DNA of 64,000 bases from an uncultured virus (IMG/VR IMGVR_UViG_3300030116_001948). Taxonomy: Duplodnaviria; Heunggongvirae; Uroviricota; Caudoviricetes. Location of the stretch: IMG/VR virus record IMGVR_UViG_3300030116_001948, positions 1-64,000 of that record, one strand, 5' to 3'. The notes under the pieces are model-generated. The model made no database searches. It saw only the letters and a list, made by a program, of their open reading frames with translations, and was not told the origin of the DNA. Below, piece by piece: positions 47,482-57,485 of this stretch. Numbering within the stretch: position 1 is the first letter of the stretch; the number at the start of each line of letters is the position of its first letter. The position numbers and the translations under genes were made by a program.

Positions 47482-47491
47482 ATTATTCAAC

Positions 47492-48919
47492 TTAACTAAA
47501 CTGTAGTACAGTGTGTGTTTCTGGAAGTTGAATTTCAAGACCTGCTTCTGTAAGAATCATGTCTTTTCTTCCGTCAATGTCACGATTTTGAACGTTAGTG
47601 ATAATTTGAGTATCTCTTGATACACCATTACCAACTAATGGTCTGTATGCTACATTGTTTAGATCAACCATAATAGCGGTGTTTTCATAAGCACCTCTAA
47701 ATAGTGGTTCCATTACAAGATTTAAGTTACCATAAATAGTACTTACTCTTGTTACGTTGTGTCCAAATGAACCTTCAACGTTTTGAATGTCTAAACCACT
47801 ACCAGTTTGTGAGCTTAATGCCATAGTGTTACCTAGGAATGAAGTTCCGCCTAGTTTGTTAAAGTATGATATAACTTTTCTAGAAGCTAGAACAAGTTTC
47901 TCGCCGCTGTTTCCAGACTCTGGTGAGAATACATCTTCCATTGCGTCTACAAAAGTATCATATGAAGCATCTGCGTAAGTAAATGTTTTTACTTTACCAT
48001 AAGCTTCAGTGTAAGGTACAATACCCCAAGTTCTACGAATAGGACCTGAAGCTGTTGAATCGTCAGTACCAATACCGAATAACATAGCGTGTTCAAGATC
48101 CATCTTATGTTCCATAAGTTTTTCTTGATATACTCTCATGTATTCGTTAGAAATACCACGATAACGAGTAGCAAGTGCTGTACCAGAGAATAAAGGCACT
48201 GAAGTCTTAAAGATTTGACAATACCCTTCTCTGTTATAGAACTCGTCTCTCCAACTTTCAGGATCAGCAGAACCTTCAGCAAATGCAGAACCTACTACTT
48301 GTCCATCGCCATCTGCTCTAAAAATTAATTTAGAAGCATTAGCAGGTGTAATTTGTCCAGCATTTGTTGCTGTGGCTCCATTAGAACCTGATGGTTTATA
48401 ATTTACTCTGATAAAACTCATTACAAGTCTAGCTGCTGCTGCATCTGAAGTTAAATCAGGTGCGGCTGTAATTTTGTAATAAGCGATAGCAGCTGTCTCA
48501 CTTCCTACACCAGCATCAGAACCGTTAGCATCGTATTCACATTCGATAGCAACGATTTGATCTTTAAGTAAAAAGTTAGGTTGAACTGCTGTTGATACTT
48601 CTCTTCCATATTTATCATATAAAACGTCTACATCAAAGTTTTGACCTGAAGCAATGTCGAAACCTGAACTGTAAGCAGCAGTAGTAACCGCAGCTTGCAC
48701 TTGAAAGTTTCTTCTTTGATATTGATGTCTTTGTTCCAAAAATTTAAATACAGGATCATCTGTAGGCTTATTTGCAACTTTTGATAAGTAAGTAAGAAAA
48801 GGTGATTGTTGAGGAGCTAATTCAGCTACACGTTCTCCAAAGTTAAAGATTCTTCTAGAATCATTAATTGAAGTACCCTGAACTGCTTCTCCTGGTCCTA
48901 TGCTATATACATCAGACAT
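47492..48919 (-). CDS. Major capsid protein (B)
   Basis: 475 aa, colinear with 3345-4772. Confidence 0.9.
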   Translation of the reverse strand: MSDVYSIGPGEAVQGTSINDSRRIFNFGERVAELAPQQSPFLTYLSKVANKPTDDPVFKFLEQRHQYQRRNFQVQAAVTTAAYSSGFDIASGQNFDVDVLYDKYGREVSTAVQPNFLLKDQIVAIECEYDANGSDAGVGSETAAIAYYKITAAPDLTSDAAAARLVMSFIRVNYKPSGSNGATATNAGQITPANASKLIFRADGDGQVVGSAFAEGSADPESWRDEFYNREGYCQIFKTSVPLFSGTALATRYRGISNEYMRVYQEKLMEHKMDLEHAMLFGIGTDDSTASGPIRRTWGIVPYTEAYGKVKTFTYADASYDTFVDAMEDVFSPESGNSGEKLVLASRKVISYFNKLGGTSFLGNTMALSSQTGSGLDIQNVEGSFGHNVTRVSTIYGNLNLVMEPLFRGAYENTAIMVDLNNVAYRPLVGNGVSRDTQIITNVQNRDIDGRKDMILTEAGLEIQLPETHTVLQFS

Positions 48920-48935
48920 CTTATTTCTCCTTTAA

Positions 48936-49826
48936 TTAAAATGGATTTCTCTTTTTATAGTTTGTAACCATAGAATCCATCATTTGATCTTCTATACTCT
49001 TATTAGATGACTGCTTATTAACACTCGGCTGCGTGCTGATAGGTTTAGGAATAGCTAACTTCTGTTGTCTTTGTGCATACTCAGAAGCTCTTTGGTCAAT
49101 AACATTAGGTTGTGCTACTGGGATGTTTTCACTTTCCGTTGAGTTTAATACCTTATGTAGTTTAACCAAATTATCTAGTGATAACGATTCTGGTGATGAC
49201 ATTGTTTGTACAAAGTCGTTAGCTTGTTCAGGAGTGTATCCATAACCAGCTTGTAAATCAGACAACAATTGATTTTGTGACTGTAACTTTTGTTGTTCAG
49301 CCAGCTGTTGTTCTGAAAGTTGATTACGTTTTTCTTCCTGAGACATTAAGTATTCAGTCATATCGTCTAAATACTGTTCCTTAGCTGCAAGATATTTTGC
49401 AGATTTACTATCAGGATCAGTTAGTGCCTCGGAATTATCAAAGTCAGACGGTCTAACAGGCTTAACGGGTTTAACCATTTCCTTAGACTCAACTACTGGT
49501 TGAGGTTGTGCAGGAGCAGAAGATTCTTTCGACTTAAGAGCTTCTAATTCCTTTTTCAACGTTTCAACTTCAGCAGTTTTTTTATCTGCTTGACTCTGCC
49601 AATACTGAAATTGGTCAGGACTTTCCTTAGGATTACTAACATCAGATACTTCGGATGGTTCACTTTCAATGGTATTTTGGACTTCTTCGCCAACTTTAGC
49701 TACAAATTGGTCTGTATTCACTCCAAATACTTCATTAAAAATGTCATCGTCACCAGTAGGTACACTAGCAGTTGTAAGTGGATCTACTGATTGTTCTGTG
49801 TTTAGCATCTCATTTTCGTTACTCAT
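48936..49826 (-). CDS. Scaffolding protein (B)
   Basis: Homolog of 4790-5683. Confidence 0.75.
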   Translation of the reverse strand: MSNENEMLNTEQSVDPLTTASVPTGDDDIFNEVFGVNTDQFVAKVGEEVQNTIESEPSEVSDVSNPKESPDQFQYWQSQADKKTAEVETLKKELEALKSKESSAPAQPQPVVESKEMVKPVKPVRPSDFDNSEALTDPDSKSAKYLAAKEQYLDDMTEYLMSQEEKRNQLSEQQLAEQQKLQSQNQLLSDLQAGYGYTPEQANDFVQTMSSPESLSLDNLVKLHKVLNSTESENIPVAQPNVIDQRASEYAQRQQKLAIPKPISTQPSVNKQSSNKSIEDQMMDSMVTNYKKRNPF

Positions 49827-49835
49827 TTTATCCTC

Positions 49836-52169
49836 CTAACTCTCCATCTCTCCAAGTTTAGGTTCATTTAGCTCTTCAGCTAGTTCCTGTTCTACGGAGC
49901 TAACGGAGTTCATTAGATTGTTTTCAACGTCTGCTATTCTAGCTTTATATAACTGAGTAGCAGATTCAGCCCTATTAGATATTTTATCTAAATCGGAACT
50001 AAATTTTTCTACCTCTAAACGTTTCTTAGCGTGTAGCTCTTCACGTGTAGCGGTTTGTAAGTCACCTTTGACTTTCTTCAATTCTTCTTGTAACATTTGC
50101 ATCTGCTGTTGCATTTGTAGCATTTGTCCACTACGTTGCATTACACCATCAATATCTACAAGTTCAGATTTTTTCAATACTTCAACTTGATCAATTAATC
50201 CAGCTTGATACATTTGCATATAAGTATTCAACATTGCCATTCTATTTGTTGGTAATGTAGAACCAGAAACAACTTTAACATCATATCTACCAATAGTTAC
50301 ATCGTGAAAACGTGCAACATCTCCATTTTCCATTTCTTTAAAAAAGTTAAAGCGTTCTTCTTTTTCTAAACCATTTGGTTGTACTAATCTAATTACTTTT
50401 TCTTCTGTGTAGATTTGCTGCATTAACGGTACAGCTACTTTAGCACATTGATTTAAAAAGTTTTCTATATCATCTCTACGAGATTTAATTCTTCGTTGAC
50501 CGAACTCGTCAACGACAAGTGTTCCTCTATAAGTTGAGGGAGAGTTCATACCACTACCTTGCATTAATTCAAAAATACCAAATCCATATTCAAGATCGTA
50601 CTTGGCATCTGCTTCGTTTTTATATAATTCATTAGGTAGTGGTACAGGTCCAGCAACGATAGGTGCACCTAGCTCAGCATCAAACTCAATAACACTGGTA
50701 CCTGCTCTACTCCACTCTTCTTCGATTTGACGAAGATCTGCTGAGCCACGAGGAATCAACAACTTAACATTTGTACTTGTACTTGCGTGTGCAATAATTA
50801 ATGAACGAATCTTATTAATGTATTCCTGTAATGGTCTATATAGACGCACATCTGATTCAGGAAATGGATTTCTATGGTGAATATTCATTAATGGTACAAT
50901 AGGATAATCTTCTGTTGGTAATATTCTAGTATACAATAAATTGTTTCCTACGGTAGCTGTAAGCTTTACGCAGCATTTTTCAATTTTGTTTACCATAATA
51001 TTTTCCATACCAATCATTTCTTCTGCTGTTAACGGAGTAATAACAGTAGTACTACCTGGTATCGCATCTTCGTCTTCCATTCCTGATACCTTTACAGGAC
51101 TTTGAGGAATCATATTACCAGCGTCGTCTATCTCAGGATCTGGTAGTTCGAAGTGAAAGATTGGTCCGTAATCTTCAATAACTTCTAATAATTCTTCTTT
51201 TGCATTTTCATCAGAGATAAATACTTCTTCACCAGTTGCTTTGGTTAAACGCATATAGTATGTATCTTTATACTCTTGATATTCTTCTGCGTTAAATAAA
51301 TATTCTTTTTGTGAAAACGGTTCATACACATTGTAGTATGTATGCATTTCTTTTGTATAACGCTCTATATATTTTCTTTTAGTATGATAGTTTGTATCTT
51401 CGTCAGTGTTAAATATTTGACCTTCAGTAGCAGCTAAGTCTGTTGCTGGTACTTCTTCGTCATTATCAACAGCACTATCAGCATCTTCAATAATATCCAT
51501 AAAGTCTGGATAAAGTTGCATAGCTTGTTCATCGGTAATGTATTTTACTACCAATATATGTGCAGCATCACGTGCATATACGTCTTTTGCATTTGGATCT
51601 ATGTAAACATCTAATGGATTTATAGATTTTAAAAATACTTCACCTTTACCTAAATCAGCCATAGGGTCCTGATAAATGTGCATCACACCCATACCACCGA
51701 CATAATAATCGTCTACAATTTTCTTTAATTCTTCATTACCAGATGATTGATCCCACATCCAAGCAAATAAATCAGAAAATACTTTAGCTGTATCTCTATC
51801 AGAATCTTCACGTGCAGATGAACGAAACTCAGGAGAGTTGTAGGTAAGTAAAGATTTAGCTGTTTCTACAATTGGGTGAATACGATTTACAACAATAGGT
51901 GCTTGACCACGTTGTTCTAGAATATCACGTTCATCTTGCGACCATTGTGCTCCAGCTCTAAACTCAATAGACTCTTGGAACTTTACAGCCCATATTTCAC
52001 GCAAGTTATTGTATTCAGTTAATAATTCAATAGACTCTTGTACTTCATCAGGTATTTCACCAGACTCTGGGTTTAATCTACCTGGTACATAACCAAATAC
52101 ATCAATCAGATCATTATAGTTCTGACTTCTTTGTGACTTCTTCGTCTTTTTTATGCTCTCTGGCATCAA
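49836..52169 (-). CDS. Portal protein (B)
   Basis: Homolog of 5693-8053. Confidence 0.9.
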   Translation of the reverse strand: MMPESIKKTKKSQRSQNYNDLIDVFGYVPGRLNPESGEIPDEVQESIELLTEYNNLREIWAVKFQESIEFRAGAQWSQDERDILEQRGQAPIVVNRIHPIVETAKSLLTYNSPEFRSSAREDSDRDTAKVFSDLFAWMWDQSSGNEELKKIVDDYYVGGMGVMHIYQDPMADLGKGEVFLKSINPLDVYIDPNAKDVYARDAAHILVVKYITDEQAMQLYPDFMDIIEDADSAVDNDEEVPATDLAATEGQIFNTDEDTNYHTKRKYIERYTKEMHTYYNVYEPFSQKEYLFNAEEYQEYKDTYYMRLTKATGEEVFISDENAKEELLEVIEDYGPIFHFELPDPEIDDAGNMIPQSPVKVSGMEDEDAIPGSTTVITPLTAEEMIGMENIMVNKIEKCCVKLTATVGNNLLYTRILPTEDYPIVPLMNIHHRNPFPESDVRLYRPLQEYINKIRSLIIAHASTSTNVKLLIPRGSADLRQIEEEWSRAGTSVIEFDAELGAPIVAGPVPLPNELYKNEADAKYDLEYGFGIFELMQGSGMNSPSTYRGTLVVDEFGQRRIKSRRDDIENFLNQCAKVAVPLMQQIYTEEKVIRLVQPNGLEKEERFNFFKEMENGDVARFHDVTIGRYDVKVVSGSTLPTNRMAMLNTYMQMYQAGLIDQVEVLKKSELVDIDGVMQRSGQMLQMQQQMQMLQEELKKVKGDLQTATREELHAKKRLEVEKFSSDLDKISNRAESATQLYKARIADVENNLMNSVSSVEQELAEELNEPKLGEMES

Positions 52170-52269
52170 CTATCCTATATCCCTTTGGTATTTCTACCTT
52201 AGTATGTTTATCCACCATTTGTACTAAACGTTCTTTAGTAAAATAATATTTTGCTATATCTATCTGCAC
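52114..52269 (-). CDS. Conserved 51-aa protein (B, GTG start; not in ORF track)
   Basis: MQIDIAKYYFTKERLVQMVDKHTKVEIPKGYRIV...; same position and length as 7992-8147. Confidence 0.5.
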   Translation of the reverse strand: MQIDIAKYYFTKERLVQMVDKHTKVEIPKGYRIVDAREHKKDEEVTKKSEL

Positions 52270-52277
52270 CTTATATT

Positions 52278-52307
52278 AACTTATAAGAAAAAATAGACGA
52301 AAGTCAA
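52278..52307 (-). promoter_or_regulatory. Sigma70-like promoter (B)
   Basis: TTGACT-18-TAAGTT. Confidence 0.5.
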
Positions 52308-52313
52308 GAGATA

Positions 52314-53807
52314 TTAGTTAATTTTCCAACTTTTTTGTAGACGAGGGTAATAATCTTCGATTTTCTTGCTAAATGGCGTATAAGAATGCCCAGGTCTGTA
52401 TGAATTTTTATTTGCATAATAAAATCCGTCTAACAAGTCATCGTGCTTACCTCTAGGGTATAAAAGTAACTCATCTTCTAATGCTTGCATACCTTTATTA
52501 ATAAATACTTTTTTATTTGCAAATAATGGCTGCAAACTTTCTAATCTGTACGATTTTCTAGTTCTCGGGTTCTCTTTAATCTCAAGACCAGGAATAAATA
52601 GTCCAAGTTTCTCAGATTCTTCTTTAATGTATTGACGAAGCATTTCCTGATAACCAACAGACTCAATTCTTGTTTTAGTACTACGATATGTCTTAAAATT
52701 TGTTATAATAGCATCTGCTAAGTGTAGTGGCGTTGCTCGTTTTCTATAGTAAGGCAATACAAATCTGTTGTTGTCCTCATCAATAGCTAAATTAAATACC
52801 ACGGAATAGTCTGCAGTTTTTTTGGTACTAGATGCAGGATCGACACCAGTAAACACGTTTACAGGTCTTCTCTCGTCTACTTCCTCACCATTTAGGCTCG
52901 TCAGGACAAGAGTCGACAATCCTTCCTCATCTTGTTCGAGAAATCCTTCGTAATACTGAATATCTTCTTTTCTAAACAAATTATCTTCATCACCAACGAT
53001 TTGACACAAATATTCTCTATAAAATACCGAAAGACGATTAATACTATCTAACTCTTCTTTCTTTTGTATCAATTTGTCTATAGACCATACTTCTTTCCAT
53101 AATGGTATTTTATTTTCTAGATCTGGACGAAACTCCAAGGTTTTCCAACCTTTCATATCTTTTAAAGTTTCTACCATACAACGTTCATGCTGCGGAGTAC
53201 CAATAACACAGATTCTACCGTTAAGTGGGTCCAGGGATGGAACACCAGATTGCAACAACCAACGTAAGTTGTATTCCATAGCTTCTGCTGTTTTCGTATT
53301 GTTTTCATCTTCAGGATCATCCAATATTAAAAGAGTAGGTCGTTGATTTCCGTGTTTAATACCACGTATCTGTTGACCAGTACCTTTACAAATAATAACA
53401 CTACCATCTTTGAGTTCTACTTCCGTGTTTGTCCATTTACGTGCTGATTGCATTCCCCAATAACCAAAAAAGTATCTAAACTCTTGAGAATAGTCTAATA
53501 CATCTTTGATGGTACCTAATAGTTTAGTAGCGTGTGATTGCGTTCTAGACACAAGCACAATCACTTTTACACCTTGATCAAACATTAAATGAAACAACGG
53601 ATAAATACCAGCAACCACTGAAGATTTTGCGTGACCACGTGGTGCTATAATGTTTATTTGTTTTTGTTCCCTGTCTAATAAATGTTTTGTTAGGTCATAG
53701 TGAAACGGAGGAGACTCACTACTAAACATATTAGGCATTACCATCCTACCGAATAGCAACATATCTTGTTGCATTGATGTTATAATTTCTTTTTTACTAT
53801 TTTTCAT
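52314..53807 (-). CDS. terL: Terminase large subunit (B)
   Basis: Same motifs as 8199-9680. Confidence 0.95.
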   Translation of the reverse strand: MKNSKKEIITSMQQDMLLFGRMVMPNMFSSESPPFHYDLTKHLLDREQKQINIIAPRGHAKSSVVAGIYPLFHLMFDQGVKVIVLVSRTQSHATKLLGTIKDVLDYSQEFRYFFGYWGMQSARKWTNTEVELKDGSVIICKGTGQQIRGIKHGNQRPTLLILDDPEDENNTKTAEAMEYNLRWLLQSGVPSLDPLNGRICVIGTPQHERCMVETLKDMKGWKTLEFRPDLENKIPLWKEVWSIDKLIQKKEELDSINRLSVFYREYLCQIVGDEDNLFRKEDIQYYEGFLEQDEEGLSTLVLTSLNGEEVDERRPVNVFTGVDPASSTKKTADYSVVFNLAIDEDNNRFVLPYYRKRATPLHLADAIITNFKTYRSTKTRIESVGYQEMLRQYIKEESEKLGLFIPGLEIKENPRTRKSYRLESLQPLFANKKVFINKGMQALEDELLLYPRGKHDDLLDGFYYANKNSYRPGHSYTPFSKKIEDYYPRLQKSWKIN

Positions 53808-53916
53808 CTACAATAACGGTCAGTTCTAATTCCATATCTTTTGCTACTTGTATCATCGTAGCTAAAAATACTAAGATATTATCTTCTTCACCCTTCAGTA
53901 CTATTCTCTTCTCCAT
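53797..53916 (-). CDS. Conserved 39-aa protein (B; not in ORF track)
   Basis: MEKRIVLKGEEDNILVFLATMIQVAKDMELELTVIVDEK; homolog of 9680-9790. Confidence 0.6.
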   Translation of the reverse strand: MEKRIVLKGEEDNILVFLATMIQVAKDMELELTVIVDEK

Positions 53917-54664
53917 CACTTATCTCTCTAGTTTGTGTAGCTTTCAATTTTTTCTTTTGCGTTTCAAACTGATTTGATATTTGATGACTAATATCCATTT
54001 CTAATGTTTCTGTTTGTTGAGTCTTTTGTGGTTTCATATCTAAAAACTCAGATAACTTATCTGCTGCACGTATCATATTGCCTGGATCTTCTTTCATCTG
54101 GGCAACTGCTACTGCATCTTTCATTACATCCAATACATATCCTTCATCTATACCTTTTTCAGTTAACACTTCTTGTAACTTATCTTTTATCATTTGCTTT
54201 GTCTCCTTCAGCTTAAATAATCTTTTGGCAGCTATATGCGGTTCAGCTTGATCTGGTCTATATATCTTACCAATCTGTTCCATATCAGGTTTTTCCCCCG
54301 CTACCTTATATGCAATAAATGCATCTACTGCTAATGCTGCTCTTTGAGATCGTGACTCTATCTCACTATACGGTTTGGTAGAAACATTGTTTAAATTGCC
54401 AGAATGCCAATGTGGTTCAAATTCTAAACGTCTATTGCTACCTAACCATTGCCTACCATAGGGAAACGTCACTAACGTTCCTTTTTTGTAGGTATTACGA
54501 TAAATACACTTACTAATGTATCCATCATCGCTAATTCCCCAATCATCTACATCGCATTCTTGCCAATGTACATACTCTGGTATACTTTTGTCTTTGGTAG
54601 TATACACTACGTATTCTTTCGGCTGAAAATTATTTTTCTTCAGTCTTTTTGTTATCTTTATCAT
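53888..54664 (-). CDS. terS: Putative terminase small subunit (B)
   Basis: Homolog of 9774-10541. Confidence 0.6.
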   Translation of the reverse strand: MIKITKRLKKNNFQPKEYVVYTTKDKSIPEYVHWQECDVDDWGISDDGYISKCIYRNTYKKGTLVTFPYGRQWLGSNRRLEFEPHWHSGNLNNVSTKPYSEIESRSQRAALAVDAFIAYKVAGEKPDMEQIGKIYRPDQAEPHIAAKRLFKLKETKQMIKDKLQEVLTEKGIDEGYVLDVMKDAVAVAQMKEDPGNMIRAADKLSEFLDMKPQKTQQTETLEMDISHQISNQFETQKKKLKATQTREISDGEENSTEG

Positions 54665-54848
54665 CTATAGGGAATTTTTTTTCCAAAAATTTTTTAAAGT
54701 CTTCTTTATCGCCTTTCATCTCTAAATATAGATCTAGGGCTCTATCGCCGTTCCAAATTTGCATTTTCAATTGTTCTATTTGTACGGCTAGTGTTCCTAC
54801 TAGTCTTACCACTTCTTTTAACGTCGGCTTGTCTTTTTTTTGTTTCAT
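54630..54848 (-). CDS. Conserved hypothetical protein (B)
   Basis: Homolog of 10507-10731. Confidence 0.7.
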   Translation of the reverse strand: MKQKKDKPTLKEVVRLVGTLAVQIEQLKMQIWNGDRALDLYLEMKGDKEDFKKFLEKKFPIDDKDNKKTEEK

Positions 54849-54957
54849 AGTTTATTTATAAACGTTTATTATATAGCAATACATATAAATGTATGTATAA
54901 TCGTACGAATATACTCGTTTATCTATATACGTATATATATACGTTTATACCTTGCAA

Positions 54958-55173
54958 TCAGTTAACATCTTTCCTACTAGGTTTAATCCCTAATTCCATT
55001 TCTTCGATACGTACTAAAATGTCTAATTCTGCTGACATTGTCTGTACTAAACCGAACGTTTCTTCATCTGATAGATCAAGTTCTACTTCTTCCCACTTGT
55101 TCTTTGCTTTATTGTAACGTTCCATTACTCTATTCTTTTTAAGAAAGGTAATTAGTTTTTTCACCTGTTTCAT
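54958..55173 (-). CDS. First late-arm gene (B)
   Basis: Homolog of 11174-11386. Confidence 0.65.
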   Translation of the reverse strand: MKQVKKLITFLKKNRVMERYNKAKNKWEEVELDLSDEETFGLVQTMSAELDILVRIEEMELGIKPSRKDVN

Positions 55174-55178
55174 ATTTT

Positions 55179-55208
55179 AACTTAATCATTTTTTTAGCTA
55201 CCTTGCAA
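55179..55208 (-). promoter_or_regulatory. Sigma70-like leaderless promoter (B)
   Basis: TTGCAA-18-TAAGTT, 5 nt before the ATG. Confidence 0.5.
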
Positions 55209-55258
55209 TCATTTTAAAAAATTGCCTTAGATTGCGTGTGCGTAGTATATATTACACC

Positions 55259-55373
55259 TACACCCTACAAATATTGACTTTTCATATTCAATATCGTTGA
55301 AAACATTCGTTTGAATATTCTAAGTCAATATTTGCTTAACGGGCGTAGCTGCACCCTCGGGGACTGCGTCCCC
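55259..55373. repeat. Long inverted repeat plus a GC-rich mini-hairpin in the divergent control region
   Basis: CAAATATTGACTT/AAGTCAATATTTG (55268-55280/55322-55334); GGGGAC-TGC-GTCCCC (55359-55373). Confidence 0.75.
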
Positions 55374-55409
55374 TAATATTAATTAAAACAAAAAACAAGG
55401 GAGTTAACC

Positions 55410-55865
55410 ATGTCTAATAAAATAGCGTTAAAAGATGCGTGGACTATGCTTAATAGTCGTGACATCAACATCAAGGATTACTTAGTAAACACTAAGATGC
55501 GTCCAACCACTACTACTTGCAGTAGTGCTAAGGTTCGCAATAAACTTGCTGAGAATGTCACGTTAGGTTCTATCAGCGGTAAAACACTTCATTCCCAGAA
55601 TGAACTATATTCTGATAAAGAGTATAGATTTATCTATCTGATAACCCTACGATCCGACAGTTGGACGAGTGCAACGTTCCGTCCGTCATTAGAGAAATAC
55701 CTTGCATTAAAGAATTTGCAAGTTATCACCGAGGACGGCGACGGTAATAAGATTGAATATCAGTCTTATCCATACAATAAGGACGAATCAGTAAACCTGA
55801 TTACCTTGTATGTCCAACCATCCAACGATAATGTTGGTGAGTTAGAATTTGACGATGAAGAATAA
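55410..55865 (+). CDS. First early gene (B), hypothetical
   Basis: 151 aa; AAGGGAG SD; acidic C-terminus. Confidence 0.7.
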   Translation: MSNKIALKDAWTMLNSRDINIKDYLVNTKMRPTTTTCSSAKVRNKLAENVTLGSISGKTLHSQNELYSDKEYRFIYLITLRSDSWTSATFRPSLEKYLALKNLQVITEDGDGNKIEYQSYPYNKDESVNLITLYVQPSNDNVGELEFDDEE

Positions 55866-56129
55866 TTATCGTTAATCTAACAGTACTATGGTATCAGCAG
55901 AGATGTTGGTACCATAGTGCAACCATCGGTGCTATCGCATCGAAGAACTTTTTAAACCATTAGTAATGCCTTTTATAAAAACGCCTTGCTATTGGTGTAT
56001 GAAATAACTATTATAACTTATGCCGACCAGTATCACAACAGATCACACTATCCTATCAATATACCTATATCAGTTAATCCACAATATTGGTCGGCAAAGA
56101 ATTGTATTAATAAAACAAGAGGGTGCACT

Positions 56130-56474
56130 ATGCCATATAACAAAATAAAAGAATATGCCTTGAAGATAAAAACAGCGTACAAAGGTAAGAACGCTGGATT
56201 TGCATATTCTTACATTAACAATTACCTAATGAATGTGCTAAAAGTATTAACGCTTAGCACAGCAACAATAGTAACAACGATAGTTCTATTTGTACGATTT
56301 GATACGAAATACTCTATGTTTACAGCAGAGTATATGAATACCATATCGTCAGTAGCACTTGATTTGTCACTATGGTTTTTCTTCTTTATCAGCATAATGA
56401 TCATGCTAAAAATAGCAGAGATTGTCTATGATAGTCTAGAACGTCTACGAAAGGATATGTTCTATGAATGGTGA
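56130..56474 (+). CDS. Two-TM membrane protein (start MPYNK)
   Basis: GAGGG SD before the ATG; two hydrophobic helices. Confidence 0.55.
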   Translation: MPYNKIKEYALKIKTAYKGKNAGFAYSYINNYLMNVLKVLTLSTATIVTTIVLFVRFDTKYSMFTAEYMNTISSVALDLSLWFFFFISIMIMLKIAEIVYDSLERLRKDMFYEW

Positions 56475-56635
56475 AGAAAAAAAGCCAAGAAAGAAACACG
56501 TACCAAAAGATAAAAATATGGACGTGAATCTTACGTTTGATGAGTTACCAGATGAACAGTTTGACTTTAACGATGAGGTTATTGAAACCTATGTCAATGT
56601 TAAAGCCAAAACAAAAACAATAAGGATACTCAAAG

Positions 56636-56836
56636 ATGACTAAAAAAGCAATATACCACACAAAGTTGCAACATTCTACACTATTTAGTGATTGGTTTAA
56701 ACATCAATACAATATTGACTTAAAACCATTACAAAAAACAGCAGATAACGCATACGATCCAGCGTTAAATGTAGTGTGTAAGAAAATGTCAAAACCTTTG
56801 ATGTGGGCGATATACTATAATGTGGTGAACAAATGA
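56636..56836 (+). CDS. Hypothetical protein
   Basis: 66 aa; AAGGA SD. Confidence 0.55.
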   Translation: MTKKAIYHTKLQHSTLFSDWFKHQYNIDLKPLQKTADNAYDPALNVVCKKMSKPLMWAIYYNVVNK

Positions 56837-57099
56837 AAAGAGAACCATTAAGAACAGTATGTCCAACGTGCAGAGAAGTTATAGCCGAAAGTAAATATAA
56901 CTATGAAACACAACAATACCATTGGTATACAGTGGAAAATGTTTGTTGTGATGATAGTTTAGAAACCTTGGCTAAAACTTCTATGAATGAAGTTATTGTG
57001 ACAAACAATAACAAAGAGAGTGATGTACCAAGTTTAAAAGATGAGGCAGACAAAGGCGAAATAGAGCCTTCTTTTTATTCTTGGGAAATCAATAGATGA
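56833..57099 (+). CDS. Putative zinc-binding protein
   Basis: CPTC...CC. Confidence 0.55.
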   Translation: MKREPLRTVCPTCREVIAESKYNYETQQYHWYTVENVCCDDSLETLAKTSMNEVIVTNNNKESDVPSLKDEADKGEIEPSFYSWEINR

Positions 57100-57145
57100 A
57101 CAAGATAGTGTATAGCGGTTCTCTCTTGCCGCTATATGCGATTAT

Positions 57146-57235
57146 ATTTTATAGCCAAGTTATCTACGATAGCCTGAAGCCTAGGCAAATGTATACAGTA
57201 AAAAGCTGGTTGGCGTATACACTTGGCTATAAAAT
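57146..57235 (+). ncRNA. Candidate structured RNA
   Basis: Perfect 15-bp closing stem ATTTTATAGCCAAGT/ACTTGGCTATAAAAT enclosing three short hairpins. Confidence 0.35.
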
Positions 57236-57254
57236 AAACTAAAAGGGAAATAAA

Positions 57255-57485
57255 ATGTTTAAAAAAATATTACATTGGTTAGGTATTAAAAAAAGCAACA
57301 ACGAATCAATACTTGAACTAATACAAGAAAGACTTCGACACGGTGCTATAGAGCACGGAGAAGAAGTACCATTAGACGGTACAAGAGATCACTTGCAAGA
57401 TGCTATTGAAGAGGCGTTAGATATGATAGTATATCTTGCAGCAATGTTAATTGAGTTACAAAATAAAACAAAGAGGAGGCAGTAA
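57255..57485 (+). CDS. Putative MazG-like nucleotide pyrophosphohydrolase (B)
   Basis: RL..G...HG...LQDAIEEALDMIVY; homolog of 13567-13980. Confidence 0.55.
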   Translation: MFKKILHWLGIKKSNNESILELIQERLRHGAIEHGEEVPLDGTRDHLQDAIEEALDMIVYLAAMLIELQNKTKRRQ

